Shown here piece after piece: positions 25,299 through 37,564 of a DNA stretch of 53,562 bases. A model generated the notes under the pieces. That model saw nothing but the letters and a program-made list of their open reading frames with translations, had not been told where the DNA came from and searched no databases. Every line of letters begins with the position of its first letter. Position 1 is the first letter of the stretch. The DNA lies in the NCBI GenBank assembly GCA_032718475.1, contig JAUCBJ010007783.1:1-53562 (forward strand), read 5' to 3'. The stretch is from Nemertoderma westbladi. Lineage: Eukaryota > Animalia > Xenacoelomorpha. Both the position numbers and the translations under genes were made by a program.

Positions 25299-27394
25299 TG
25301 TTAAACAGGGGCGATCAGGAGCGCGTTATTACTGCCGCACTGCAGCACTGCTGCTAAACACAAAACTGCTTCTCACCGCCGGATGGCGCCAACCTGGCAG
25401 TCCGCTAATATATTTTACTAATTTTTATACGGCTCCTGCAAATCGCTTGTTCCTTTCTCTGTTGATCGCTCAACAGAGAGCTAACTGTTCGAATCTATGA
25501 GCCACGCGGGAATAACCAAAACAATAAACCCGAATCGGCTCCCTAAGCTACTTAAAACGAGTGCGGGTGACCTAGCACTCAGAGTTCACTTAACGCAAAA
25601 TACTGGAATTCACTGGCAGAACACGTTGAATGTGAGAATGTTTTAATGTTAAGGGGGGTAGATCTGTTACTTTCCTAGGTGCTGAAACTTGGCCTTTGGC
25701 TGGTTTTAGACTAGCAAACTTACTACTGCTGTACTGTATACTGGACACTGCTGTCAGCCCGTTGCCCCGCTATTTTCAAATAACCGCCTAGCGTGAATAG
25801 TCTACAGTATTCTAAAACAATTACTTAAAACTACTCTCCGCTATGCTGTGTACAAATTCTTATTTTATTTTATCGCTAAATTAATTACAGTCATAAATAC
25901 AAATTCGCGTACTAATTACTAGATATTCCAGAATATGTACTTCTAATTTATTACGTACTGGGGCTTATACTAGCAACAGTCTAAATACGGTATTATTTTG
26001 ACCTAATTCTGTAATTAGCAATTAATAAGCATAAACTAAGAAATGGAAATCAATCAAAGGGAGAGGCGCCTATCTAAGCATTCACATTTAAGAATCAGGC
26101 ACTCTTTAGCAACACAACACAAATAGCGTAGCACTAAGTTAGTAGTACGGCAGTATGGCAGATAGTGCTAACTACACCAATCAGCTAGTGCACTAAATAC
26201 CCGTACATTAGTACATCAGTATACCAGTATTAGTCATCCAATCAGTCAATCAGTCAGTCAGTCAGTGTAAGAACCACAGGTCACCCAAAGCCACACATGG
26301 GACTCCTAACTAAACCCAAATTCTGCCCCCCTAAAACTACAAAGTAGAGACGGAAATCTGGATCGTCAGCCCCCTAATACTGTAACAGCGGCTGGTCCCC
26401 GGTCCTCAACTGACTAGCTCCGACCGCAACAGTGGCCCCCGCCAGCGTCGCCCCACTTTGGATCCTCTGCACTCCCTTCCGTCGCTTCCCCCCAGTGCGC
26501 CCGCCTACCGGTACCTTAGCCCTCCATTAGAATGAATAGCTACCGTAGCGGCACATGCAAATCACAAAGTCTGACAGTCTAAGAAATCCCGTGGGATTAT
26601 CACATCTTAAATCACATAGGAATTAATAATCAAAAGTAGAAATCATAATTCAAGGTTGTAATTTGTGAGAGATTAAGAATTAATGAGAGATTAAGATTTA
26701 ACAAAAAACAGAAACCAGAAACAAAACTACAATACTGCCACTGGTACTGCTGTAACCACTGAGAGATTAAGATGCACATACCGGAAATACAGCCAATTTA
26801 TAGGTGATGCAACAGGGATGACGCAATATTCCTCTCATTGGTTCCCCAATCCGTCCCGCCATCAGACCAACCTGGAACAGCTGGGCCAATAAGGAAGCCG
26901 GATTGTGAACCTCATGGCTCCCAAATCGCAAATTATTACCATATATGGTAATGGATCACGTCCCTGGCTGCTGAATGGTTAGGATTGCGTCCCTGGATGC
27001 TGGCCCTAATCATTAATTTCGCGATATTTACAGTACACTAAGCACAATCTAATATAAAGCTAATTTTAAAAGACAAATACAACGAAATCAATGCAATACA
27101 CGATTAGTTCGATTAATACCAATAACAGCAAGCTTGCATCAAGGTTTTTATAGGAAACGTGCTACCGTAAAGCTATTTATTTATGTTTTATTACAAAATT
27201 ACGTACGTAGGGCTACATACTGTATAAAATGGATAAATACAAAAATATGGGCGTTTTATTTTCCTTATCTAAATACTTTTGCGCGTCATTGTGCTTATCT
27301 AAATAAATATACTGCATAATGGCTAATAAATTATACTGTATAACGCTAATAAATTATACTGTATAATACGGCTACAGCGCCATATATCGTAACA
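25299..27394 (-). repeat. Element B 5' LTR (2096 bp, intact)
   Basis: TGTT...AACA termini and high identity to the interrupted copy. Minus-strand TATA-like CTATAAAT near 26800, a (CAGT)n tract and ~24-bp terminal subrepeats. Confidence 0.95.
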
Positions 27395-30300
27395 ACTTGA
27401 GTGCTGATACTAGAGAGGTGGTAAAAGGTTTAGGTTCCGATGGGAAGGCATATACGGTTGCACTGCAAATGCTCAAAGAGCAGTTCGCACACCCTAGCCT
27501 AATCGTGAGGGCCTTCACCTCCTCAATAACATCCGGCTCAATGGTTCCTGCTGACAATAAGTCAGCCTTAAGAACATTTTCAATATCCGTTACCATAGGG
27601 GTGCATACATTAAAACGTATGGGACGTTTAGAGAGTGTATTATATTCGCCGGATATATTACGTGGTGCATATAATAGACTCCCTTTTCGTTTAAGAGAAC
27701 GTTGGTGCGAAACTTGTCAGCGTATCAGACCAAGGGAAGAACCGACCTTGGTACATTTTGAAGAATGGCTGAGGCAAAGAGTAAAGGTTGCTTTCGAACC
27801 TTCAGTTATGCCAATAGAGGATTGGAGTTCAGCATCTAATGCCAAAACTAGGCCGAATCTAAATACCCCCGGCAATGTTGTTCAAAAATCGGTTCCATTC
27901 AGACGGCCGGCGCCGTTAATATCAAATTACGCTTCTTCAGTTATTACTGAATCTAATAAAACAACAAAGCCAGATTCACGGCAAAATTACATATCTCAGT
28001 TCAAACCAACGGTATCAAAAGGCTTACCCAATGAAACATCAGAACATATTAGAGATATATGTTTGGTTTGCAATGGATCCCATTTAATATATAGGTGTTC
28101 AAAATTTATTGGCATGACACCCGATAATCAGGGAAAAGTAGACAATGCTCTTTGCACCAACTGTCTCAAACATAATCATCACGCATCTAAATGTTCATCA
28201 ATTCATTCTTGTCATGTGTCTAATTGCAATCAGCGACACCACACGCTATTGCATGACTATTTTAAATCACACAGGCAAGATTCCAAGCACATAAGTTGTA
28301 ATACTACAACAAATAACGAAACATCTGTGTTTTTACCTACTGTGCCTATTAAGATTATTTCTCCTAACGGTGAAACTCTTAATAATCATGCCCTTCTTGA
28401 TGCATGCAGTGAGACCTCCTTCATACGTAAGGATATCGCTGATGCACTCAATCTAGATGGGGAAATTAAATGTATAAAATTAAACGGCCTGGTTGGAAAA
28501 AGTGGAGACCAAAAACGAAAGCGTGTTTACTTTTCCATATCAGGGCATCATCCATATAACACAATTTTCTATGTTGATGAAGCATACGTGCTTCCTTCAA
28601 TGAATGCACCATCCCGATCATTCGCCTTTGATAGCAATGATAGTCAATTTGATTATTTGCAGGGCCTTGATTTATCCTGCAATGAACGACCAGATGTAGC
28701 AGTAGTTATTGGGGCCAATGTACCTGATGCTCTGAATACTGCTGAAAGACGTGTGGGTGCATCAGGACAACCCCAAGCGCACTGTTCGGCACTGGGCTGG
28801 TATCTTTTAGGGAGATCTCAAACTAACACATCTAAAAATGACGAATTGGTTTTTTATACGACCACTGTTTCTGAAACAGATAGACTTGACAAACGTCTCG
28901 AGATGTTTTGGCGTACTGATGCATTTGGTACTACTCATGATTCTTGTGCTTCTCGATCAGTCGAAGACACAAGAGCCTTACAAATCATTGAACGAACGAT
29001 CAAGTTCGTTGATGGTCGTTATGAGATGGGGTTGCCCTGGAAACGTGACGCACCACGTCTTCCAGACAACACCCCCATGGCTACTCATAGACTTTTATCC
29101 CTTGAGAAGAAATTAGACAAAGACCATGATTTAGCTAAACGCTATACTGAAATAATAGATGGATACGAATCCAAAGGGTTTGCCCGTAAGCTAACAAAAG
29201 AGGAGTCACTGATTCCATCTAAAGTAACTTGGTATTTACCCCACCATGGGGTAACCCAACCAAACAAGCCTGGAAAACTTAAGAGTAGTTTTCGATGCCG
29301 CTGCAAAGTACAGTGGCACATCGGTAAATGATCAGTTATTGACCGGACCTGACTTATTGAATAGCCTTATCGGAATTTTGTTGAGATTTCGTCAACATTT
29401 AGTTGCTATTACTGGTGATATAGAGGCTATGTATCACCAAGTGGGCGTTCAAGAGAGTGACCGACCCGCTTTGCGGTTTCTATGGCGAGGAGACAATAGA
29501 GTCGACCCGCCAAATGTTTATGAGATGACTCGCCATATCTCTGGCGCTGTTTCCTCTCAAACATGTGCAATCACGGGATTGCGACGTGCTGCTACCAATC
29601 AAGCTTCTTCATTTGATGCACTAACTGTAGCTACGGTTATACGAGACTTTTATTCGGATGATTTACTGACGTCTATGACTTCGACCACCATAGCAACAGG
29701 GGATTTCGCCTTACTAAATTCGTGAGTAATTCACGTGAAGTTCTTACTTCGATACCTTCTACCGAACTCACACAATCTATTGTTAATTTAGATTGCGATG
29801 GACTCCCCACGCAACGTGCTCTTGGTGTTCAGTGGGATGCGAATGAAGATGTTATTTCATTCACAACTGTCGCATCGAGTAAAGACAGTTCCCATTTCAC
29901 TAAAAGAAAAATACTTTCGATAACTAGCTCAATTTTTGATCCATTGGGATTATTAACGCCGTTCATATTACCAGCTAAATTAGTCATACAAGAGTTGTGG
30001 CGGATAGGAGTTGGATGGGACGATCTCAAACCAACAGAGCTACTGAGTGTGTGGTTAAGGTGGATAAACGATCTTACCTACGTAGAAAATATTAAACTCC
30101 CTCGGGTTTATTTTCCTTCTCAACAATACATTGCGTCACTCCAACTTCATATATTTTGTGATGCTTCTGACGTTGCTTTTGGAGTTGCTGGATATCTCAG
30201 AGCTGTTGATGAAAATGGGCAAGTTAAATGCTGCCTCATTATGGGAAAATCTCGCCTAGCCCCCTTGCGTACTTTATCAGTTCCTCGCAAGGAACTCCAA

Positions 30301-31644
30301 GCCTGTGTAATGGGTGTTCGAGTCGCGAATTTAATCCAATCAGAGATCGAATTACCAATTTCTCAGCGTTTCTATTGGACTGATTCTAAAACGGCATTAC
30401 AGTACATTGGAAGTGAATCTCGCAGATTCACACCGTTCATAGCAAACCGCGTAGCAGAGATACATAACCACAGTGACGTATCTCAATGGCATCACATATC
30501 TAGTTCACATAACCCAGCTGATGATCCGACACGAGGTTTATCGCTTTCATCGGCAACCATGTCAGATAGCTGGTTTCAAGGGCCAGATTTCCTGTGGGAA
30601 CCTGAGGCAAGCTGGCCCTCACAAAGCAGTTCAGAGCCCGTTCATAACGAAGACTGTGAACTTAAGAAATCTGTAGTTATTGCTGCTACAATATTAGAAA
30701 GTAACACAACAACACTTATTGACTTTAGTCGATTCTCCAATTGGAATCGATTATGTGGGTGCATAGCCAGATGTTTAGGATGGGTTCGGTGCTTCCGGCA
30801 GCGCAAGGAACATCCGACGATGCCACTAGGGGTGGCTGACCCATCAGCCACCGAATTGGATCAGGCGGGAATGTTAGCCATTCGTTTGCAGCAAGAGAAA
30901 CATGGTCTGCAGAAATTAGTGCATTAAACGCAGGCTGACCTCTACAAAGAGATAGTCCACTTGTGCCACTCAACCCATTCATTGACAAAGCGGGTATTCT
31001 GAGAGTGGGTGGACGACTGGGCAATTCAGATCTACCAATTGCTACTAAACACCCAGCAATACTGAGTCATAATGATGCTCTCTCGAAGATCATGATCTGG
31101 TCAACCCATAGCAAATTAGCCCACCAAGGACCACATCATGTATTGGCGTCATTAAGGGAAAACGTCTGGATCACCAGAGGTAAAGCCGCAGTTCGTTCTG
31201 TTATTGACAAGTGTGTAGTGTGCCGTAGAAGCAACGCAAGGGCTGCACCTCCGTATATGGCAGACCTACCCTCTTGTCGATTGGCAGTACTGAAACCGGC
31301 CTTTTTTGAGACAGGTCTAGATTATCTCGGACCTATAGCAGTCAGGAGAGGAAGATGCAGAGAAAAACGTTGGGTATGTTTATTTACCTGTTTGACAACT
31401 CGCGCGGTTCATTTAGAAGTTGCCTATAATCTAAATGCAGATGCCTTTATTATGGCACTTCGTCGTTTCATATCTCGAAGGGGATATCCATCTGTTATTC
31501 ATTCTGATAACGGAACCTATAGAATTATATTCCCTAAATGCCGTGGATTTTCAAAATTTTTATTTTATTCGAATTAACTTTGTTAAAGATTACATTGAGT
31601 CCTCATTTGTATTTGTTATATCTATTGTACGATGTTTAGTCAAG

Positions 31645-31732
31645 TGGTTCAGTAGCTCAGTCGGTAGAGCATTGGAAATTATATATGTAGTAGGTATTGA
31701 GTTCGAATCCTAGTAAGTGCGAATTATTTTTT
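31645..31732 (+). promoter_or_regulatory. tRNA-derived Pol III promoter inside the solo LTR
   Basis: A box TAGCTCAGTCGG (31653-31664), B box GAGTTCGAATCC (31699-31710) and T6 terminator (31727-31732). Confidence 0.7.
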
Positions 31733-32182
31733 GTGCAGAATTTCAACTCATTTAAATTGACCGCTACAAATTAAATTGCATTTGTCTGTACCTAGATTAA
31801 CCAATGAGACTGTAGTTATTAGATTGTAACCAATGTCGTACAAGTTATATATTTGCTGGACCAATAGCTATCTTTAAAAACCTGTTAGAACCTATAGAAC
31901 AATCGAGAATTTTCTCGATTGATTGCAGCACAAATTTGCTATATAAAGGTGCGATTCGTTCATTAGTTATCAATCTCTCTCTCTCAATCTTATCTCTATC
32001 TTACACAATATTATTTCAGATTATTCTGTTTATTGTATAATAGTTATTGTTTGATTTTGTAATAAAAGTTAGAAATACTTGTCACATCTGCCCTTTTCTA
32101 TCTGTTTTATCATGCTTCACCACGGTGAACCCAACTAAGGGACAGGATGGCTGGCTAGACTTCGGGCCGCAGCAATGAACGT

Positions 32183-32464
32183 AAAGTAAAAAGTAAAAGT
32201 AAAGTAAATTTTCTTTGGCCGCTAGGCCAGGGATTACGCACAAAGTCTGACGACTTATTTCCAGTGCGGTCCCCCCAGAACTTTACTCCCCAGAGAAAGC
32301 TCCAGTACTCATTTAGCTACCACTTAAGGATGCAAGGCAGAGATGCGCCCTGGCTGGTCCCTTTAAAGCATTCGTGCCGAAACGAAAACTGCCCTGGCCC
32401 ATGTGAGGATCGAACCCACGACCTACGGGAGATGTGAATTCAATGCAACCACTACACCAAGGTG
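32183..32464 (-). mobile_element. tRNA-derived SINE inserted in the solo LTR
   Basis: Minus strand has A box TGGTGTAGTGG, B box GGTTCGATCC, a body containing AAATGAGTAC and a (TTTAC)n tail. Possible degenerate TSD GAAC(G/C)TA. Confidence 0.8.
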
Positions 32465-34416
32465 GAACCTACAGGGAACATCAAGGGAATGTAGACAAGA
32501 GACAACCCGCAATATCATCTTAGTTATTCGTCCATCGCCTGAAAGGTTAGACAGCGTTTGATGCCTTGCTACCTAAGCGTAAGACCAAAGATCAAAGGTA
32601 GAGGTAGTGACACGCTGTACGCCTAAAATTACATCTAGCGACTGTACTGTCTTAATTCAGGAAAAAACCGCAGTAGACCTTCATATTCCTACGGGGGGAG
32701 AGGAGAGAAGAGCTCAGGCAGAGATACTAGTACGCAGATAGGACGTGGGCACACCGGTACAAAGCATACGCATTGGTAGGGTGCAGCAAACTGTACGCCT
32801 AACTCTTGCTAAGTGCAGGTGCGTTTGCGACTATTTGTAGTACAACGGTGTCCATTGCATTAGAACTTGTAGGCTAGGAGGGTTACTGTGTTTCACCTGA
32901 ATTAGGATTGTACCGTTCAGGCGGTAGGGCAGTTTACGACTAGGCGCAAATAAATTGAGGCTATTAGGGATATACTAACATCTACCGTGTCCCCGCCGAC
33001 ATCCTGATAGGAAGTTACCAAGCCCACCTAGGTAACCAAAATTCTAGATAGGACGCCATGCTAGCTATTAGTAACCGTACGCCTACTGTAGTAAACTAAC
33101 ACATTTCTTCTTAGTATTAGGGACCTGGTAAATTAAAATTGCCGAATTCTGGGCGTAGCATTAACCTTATGCCTGAATTTGAGTCCTGGAAATACGCAAG
33201 AGGGGAAGGAGCCTTATCATTCGTGAGTATTGGACCTACAAGTTACAAAATTAGAATATTCGTAAAATGCACACCGTACCCAGTAATTATATATATGAAG
33301 GAGCAAAACTGCTTTTGACTGTTTAGAATTAACACACGCGCGTTAGAAATTATTTACACCTCAAAATATATAAAATTAACTTTTGTCCGTACTGCGCTTT
33401 GCCCGCTAGTTAGACATCTCCAAAATCTCTGCACCTAGCTAGCGTCTCTTTCGCCCAACCATATAAATCACACCGCGGCAAAGTATACGAGCCCCTTAGT
33501 CCGTCAGTGAGTCAGCCTGATTTTAGGATTCGCTGCGCGGGATTTTGTTTTATCGAAGTTTGTCTGCTCGTAGACTGTTTTCTGCCTCACCGGTTATAAG
33601 GGACCAATACTGCAATATATTCGCTTACTTGGAGTTTACTGTTTTGGTGAGAAGGTCGGATTTATGATTTGATTCACAAACTTTACAGTAAGATATTGCA
33701 GGTATTGTTACTGTCTCTTCGAATAGAACCAACTTTATTGCCGCCGAAAGAGAGCTGCGGGAAGCCCTCAATGCCATTGATCACCCTGGCGTAGCACCCT
33801 GGCGCACCTCAATATCTCATGGACAAGAATCCCACCACTTTCACCACACTTTGGTGGTTCATGGGAACGCTTTGTGCGCAGAGTGAAACAATCTTTACGT
33901 GCCACAATCATGAAGCAGTGTGTCCATGATGATACACTCTATACCGTGTTGACAGAAATTGAAGCCATTCTCAACTCGCAAACCATTTCTCCAGTCAGCG
34001 ATAGTATTGATGACTTTAATGCATTGTCGCCGAGTCACTTCCTTATTGGACAAAGTTATGAGAATGCATCACCCGGTGAATTCAACGATGGTGATCTGTT
34101 GCTACGTAAGCGTTGGCGCCAATGCCAACTGCTTACCGACCACTTTTGGAACCGTTTCCAAAAGGAATACCTACCCACATTAACAGTGAGAGCTACTTGG
34201 AATAGGGAGCGTTGTAATCTTGCTATCGGCGATCTCGTTGTGGTAGCTGACGGGAACTTACCAAGAGGACACTGGCCATTAGCCAGAGTCGTACGAGCTC
34301 TACCTGGAAAGGATGGCAGAGTACGCGCTGTTGAAATCTGTACTGCTGCTTCCAAATCGTTGATACGTCCTACCGTTAAGCTGTGCCTTTTAGAAAGGGC
34401 CCAAAATGGCTCTGGT

Positions 34417-34431
34417 TGAGGGGGATGGTTA
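34417..34431 (+). promoter_or_regulatory. Polypurine tract of element A
   Basis: GAGGGGGATGG just before the TGTT that starts the 3' LTR. Confidence 0.8.
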
Positions 34432-35069
34432 TGTTAACAGTAGAAGGTTTGCGATCATGTAACACCAAAATTATTTTGACATATTTTCCCGAGATTAGAA
34501 GACATGCATGAATTGCCCCTTGGCACATGTTATTTCAGATGCGTTTTTTATTTATTATTATTCTATATGTAAACATGAAGCACATGTAGACTCAGCATGC
34601 ATAATATGTCAATCACGACCTGTCATTTGTCATGCTGTTTACTGTACAACATTTTTAGTCTACCTTAGGACAGGAATCATTATCTCTATGCACGATTAAT
34701 TTAGCCAGTTTTTTACTGTAGTTATTGAGAGTTATAAGTTTGATGTGAATCCTCAATCATTTTCTGTTCCTTACTTTTCACCCAGTATGTGAAATCCTAT
34801 TGGATATAACTTTCTGTAATAGGCACATGAAACATTTTATAATAAAATATAGTAGTATAAAAGATCGTAGCATTTATAGGATACATTAGCAATTAGGTAG
34901 CATTGTGATATATATTAGGAGTATAATGAGAGCGCGATTATTAATTATTATTATAAAAGATTAAACTATGTCTTATTATCATCAACTCATTCATTTTATA
35001 TTTCTTTACATCCATCATCATATTTCGAACCCAAAAAAACATTTACAAACTTAGACCGACGCGTCAACA
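34432..35069 (+). repeat. Element A 3' LTR (~638 bp)
   Basis: TGTTAAC...GTCAACA termini; the distal ~350 bp match the 5' LTR remnant. Confidence 0.88.
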
Positions 35070-35129
35070 CATTTACCACAGAACTATAGGCCTACAGTAG
35101 GCCGCCTACTGCTTACAGGCAAAGAGATA

Positions 35130-35320
35130 ACTGGTACTCATTTAACGACTATTTAATTAACAAAGCATATATGCGCCCTGCCCTGGTATGGTTAGTCCCT
35201 CCCTTTAAAACATTTGTGCCAAAACGAAAACTATCCTGGCCTGCCTGCAGGGGTAGAACCCCACGACCTCTGGAGCGATATTTATTCAAGGAAATGGATT
35301 TAAATACTACGCAAGGCTTG
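35130..35320 (-). mobile_element. Degraded copy of the SINE at 32183-32464
   Basis: Shares GTACTCATTTA, ATGCGCCCTG, AAACGAAAACT..CCTGGCC and CCCACGACCT blocks. Confidence 0.7.
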
Positions 35321-36009
35321 AAAAAATTGAACATGCGTGTTTGTATTAGATCAGGAGCGGGCGACACGAAGCTCCGTTAATTTTAAAGTTAACGGAGGTT
35401 TAACGGAAATGCACTTAACGTAGAACTCATAATGGGCGATCCGAACGAGTATTTAGGCCTCCGTTAGTGAGTTCTCCGTTAAGAAGGCTCGCTCGCCGTT
35501 AGTACTAAACGTGATACTTTCCAAATGATCATAAAATTGCGTATAGGTGAGTGTTGTTGTGGTTGCTTAGGCAACTCGATAATGTTATTAGTGCCGTTTC
35601 AAATTGAAACCCTTCCACATCTAAAAAATATTATAGACCAAAGCAGTAAATATACTACCGCTACAGTTTCATGTTTAGGCCTAATAGCGCACACAATTAA
35701 TGTTAAGATCGGGAATGTAACATCATCAAAACAACTAATAGAGCATATGCAGTGCCCGAGTATTGGGTAGAAATCTACTCTACTCTAACTGATGACGGGA
35801 AACTAAGTTGAACTGTGTTTATAACCGTGATTGCACATCTACAGTAATAATCTCAGCCTGGCTACGTATTTTACAACCATTACAACCTGATATGACTTGC
35901 CTTCCCGATGGTCTGAATGTCGGGGAAGTCACAATAGCGTACCGATGGACATTTTTTTTCTTCAAAAGTGTCCAAAACACCGTTCAGCCGTTGGGTTTCA
36001 GAAACAGTG

Positions 36010-36175
36010 AAAAACACTCAATTGAGGGAAAGGAGCAGGTTACGGTTACAGAGGCAGGCTTTTCTAACCAAAACAATAAACGGCTACTTTACCAATTGAG
36101 GGAAATGAGCAGGTTGCAGAGGCAGGCTTTTATAACCAGAACAATAAACGATCACTTTACCAATTGAGGGAAACC
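36010..36175. repeat. Diverged copies (~2.3) of the 68-bp repeat at 7057-7428
   Basis: AATTGAGGGAAAGGAGCAGGTTAC...AACCAAAACAATAAACG motifs. Confidence 0.85.
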
Positions 36176-37564
36176 ATATGGTCAGACAGTCAGTACCGGT
36201 ACCCCTAGTCACTCTATAACCCAAAAAATACCAATGCTGATTGTAGTACTGCAGTACTGTAGTAAGAAGTCAGTAGAAAGCAATCATGTACCGGTATTGG
36301 TATATGGCAGTAGGCCTATGATACTAACATCCATCGGTCAGTCGGTACGCAAAAGTGATACGGTAGCCTAGAACCGAATGTCGGAAAAAAAAAGGGGTCA
36401 TACTGTCATGAGAACAATACTGCAATAAAAGGGGTCATAAAAGTAAAATTTCTAGGTCAGTAGGTATTGTCTAGGTTTGATCGAGGCAGCGAGGCTAGGC
36501 TGCTAGGTATTGTCCGGTCTGCCCTACTGCGCTACCGTTGCAAATAAACAGGCAGACAGGGAGGTTCAGGAGCCAGGCCAGGTGCAAGGTGAGGATGAGT
36601 GACAGCTGGTGTCTGTTAGGCTGTCAGGGTCAGCCCCGGCCCGGGATGCGCAGCAGTAATGGTACTACCAGTTTGCCGCCGCCTGGCTGCCTGGATAATG
36701 TATTCAGTAGGCCTATACCCAACCGAGATTTATAATGACTCTTTTTTCCAACATCCTCTGATCCTGGCTATTTAACGTTTGCATAGGCCTAATTCTAGGC
36801 TGGGGTGCTATATGGCAATGGTACGCGTACGAGCCAGCTAACAAGCAGAGTACCGATTTCCAGACCTACATACACTCCTCTCCTACTTGTACACCGGCAG
36901 ACCGGAAGGCCTCCCTTCCCTACCACCTCCGACAGTCCGACGCCACATCAAATTCCGCCCGTCGAATAACAACAGATTAGATTAGCGCATTGACCTCTAA
37001 CAGTGTAAGTCCAAGTACCGACGTACCAAGGGTTAGTTGGACTTAGACTCGATGCTCGCAGTGCTGGGATCTGGGATCGGTTCCTGATCACGGGTTAGGG
37101 AACGTCCAGCCCATGGCTGCATGGATTGGCTGATTGGGGAATAGGAAGATCGTCGGCTCCGGAGTCATGTGGCATACAGTGTACGGGAATGTAGTAGGCC
37201 TAATTTACCAAATACAATGTTTATTACATTTTAGCGGTACTTTTACAGTTTAAGCAGTCTAAATCTAAACGTAAACACTTATATCACACAAAAAAATCAT
37301 ACTCGTTTATTGTTTTGGTTCCCTTTAGAATGTCTGGATGTAATTGTTACATGCTCATTTACTGTTAGAGAAAGATATTGCATCTACAGTACATGTACAT
37401 TTTGTACAATTGTTAATTGTATCAATTGTACACGTTACGGAATGTATGCCTAACTGCCTACTTCTGCACGCTGAAATCTATTTACAATAGCGAATAGGCT
37501 TGATAAATAATCACCTGTATAATTCTAATTATTGATAGGCCTATATAATTATTAAGATTTGATA

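Larger units (their letters stand above)
5697..27394 (-). mobile_element. BEL/Pao LTR retrotransposon B (~16 kb without insertions), nested in element A gag
   Basis: TGTT...AACA termini, 5-bp TSD ACTTG (5692-5696 and 27395-27399), two ~2.1-kb LTRs and a minus-strand gag-pol. Confidence 0.95.
31518..33725 (+). mobile_element. Solo-LTR-like insertion (2.2 kb) in the element A integrase
   Basis: 5-bp TSD GAACC (31513-31517 and 33726-33730); removing the insert restores SDNGTNF. Ends are TATAG...ATA. It contains a tRNA-like cassette, CCAAT boxes, TATA (31939-31947) and AATAAA (~32061), and no long ORF. Confidence 0.8.
27400..34419 (+). pseudogene. gag-pol: Element A gag-pol remainder (frameshifted; integrase split by an insertion)
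   Basis: Knuckles CLVCNGSHLIYRC and CTNCLKHNHHASKC. Protease LLDACSE; RT YLPHH, DIEAMYHQV, FYSDD; RNase H LHIFCDAS. Integrase GLDYLGP, SDNGT|NFIAAE (split at 31517/33731), WERFVR, GKDGRVR. Confidence 0.95.
4064..35069 (+). mobile_element. BEL/Pao LTR retrotransposon A (outer, degenerate; ~7.4 kb once insertions are removed)
   Basis: Matching LTR sequences at 4064-4412 and 34720-35069, a PBS-like site after the 5' LTR and a PPT before the 3' LTR. Domain order is Gag-PR-RT-RH-IN with BEL-type motifs. Confidence 0.93.

Noticed and set aside
36538-36735. Small protein upstream of the ZNF gene (also 40071-40268)
   Set aside because: TTG start and no recognisable motif. It recurs only because of the duplication, and is more likely promoter, 5' exon or intron sequence.
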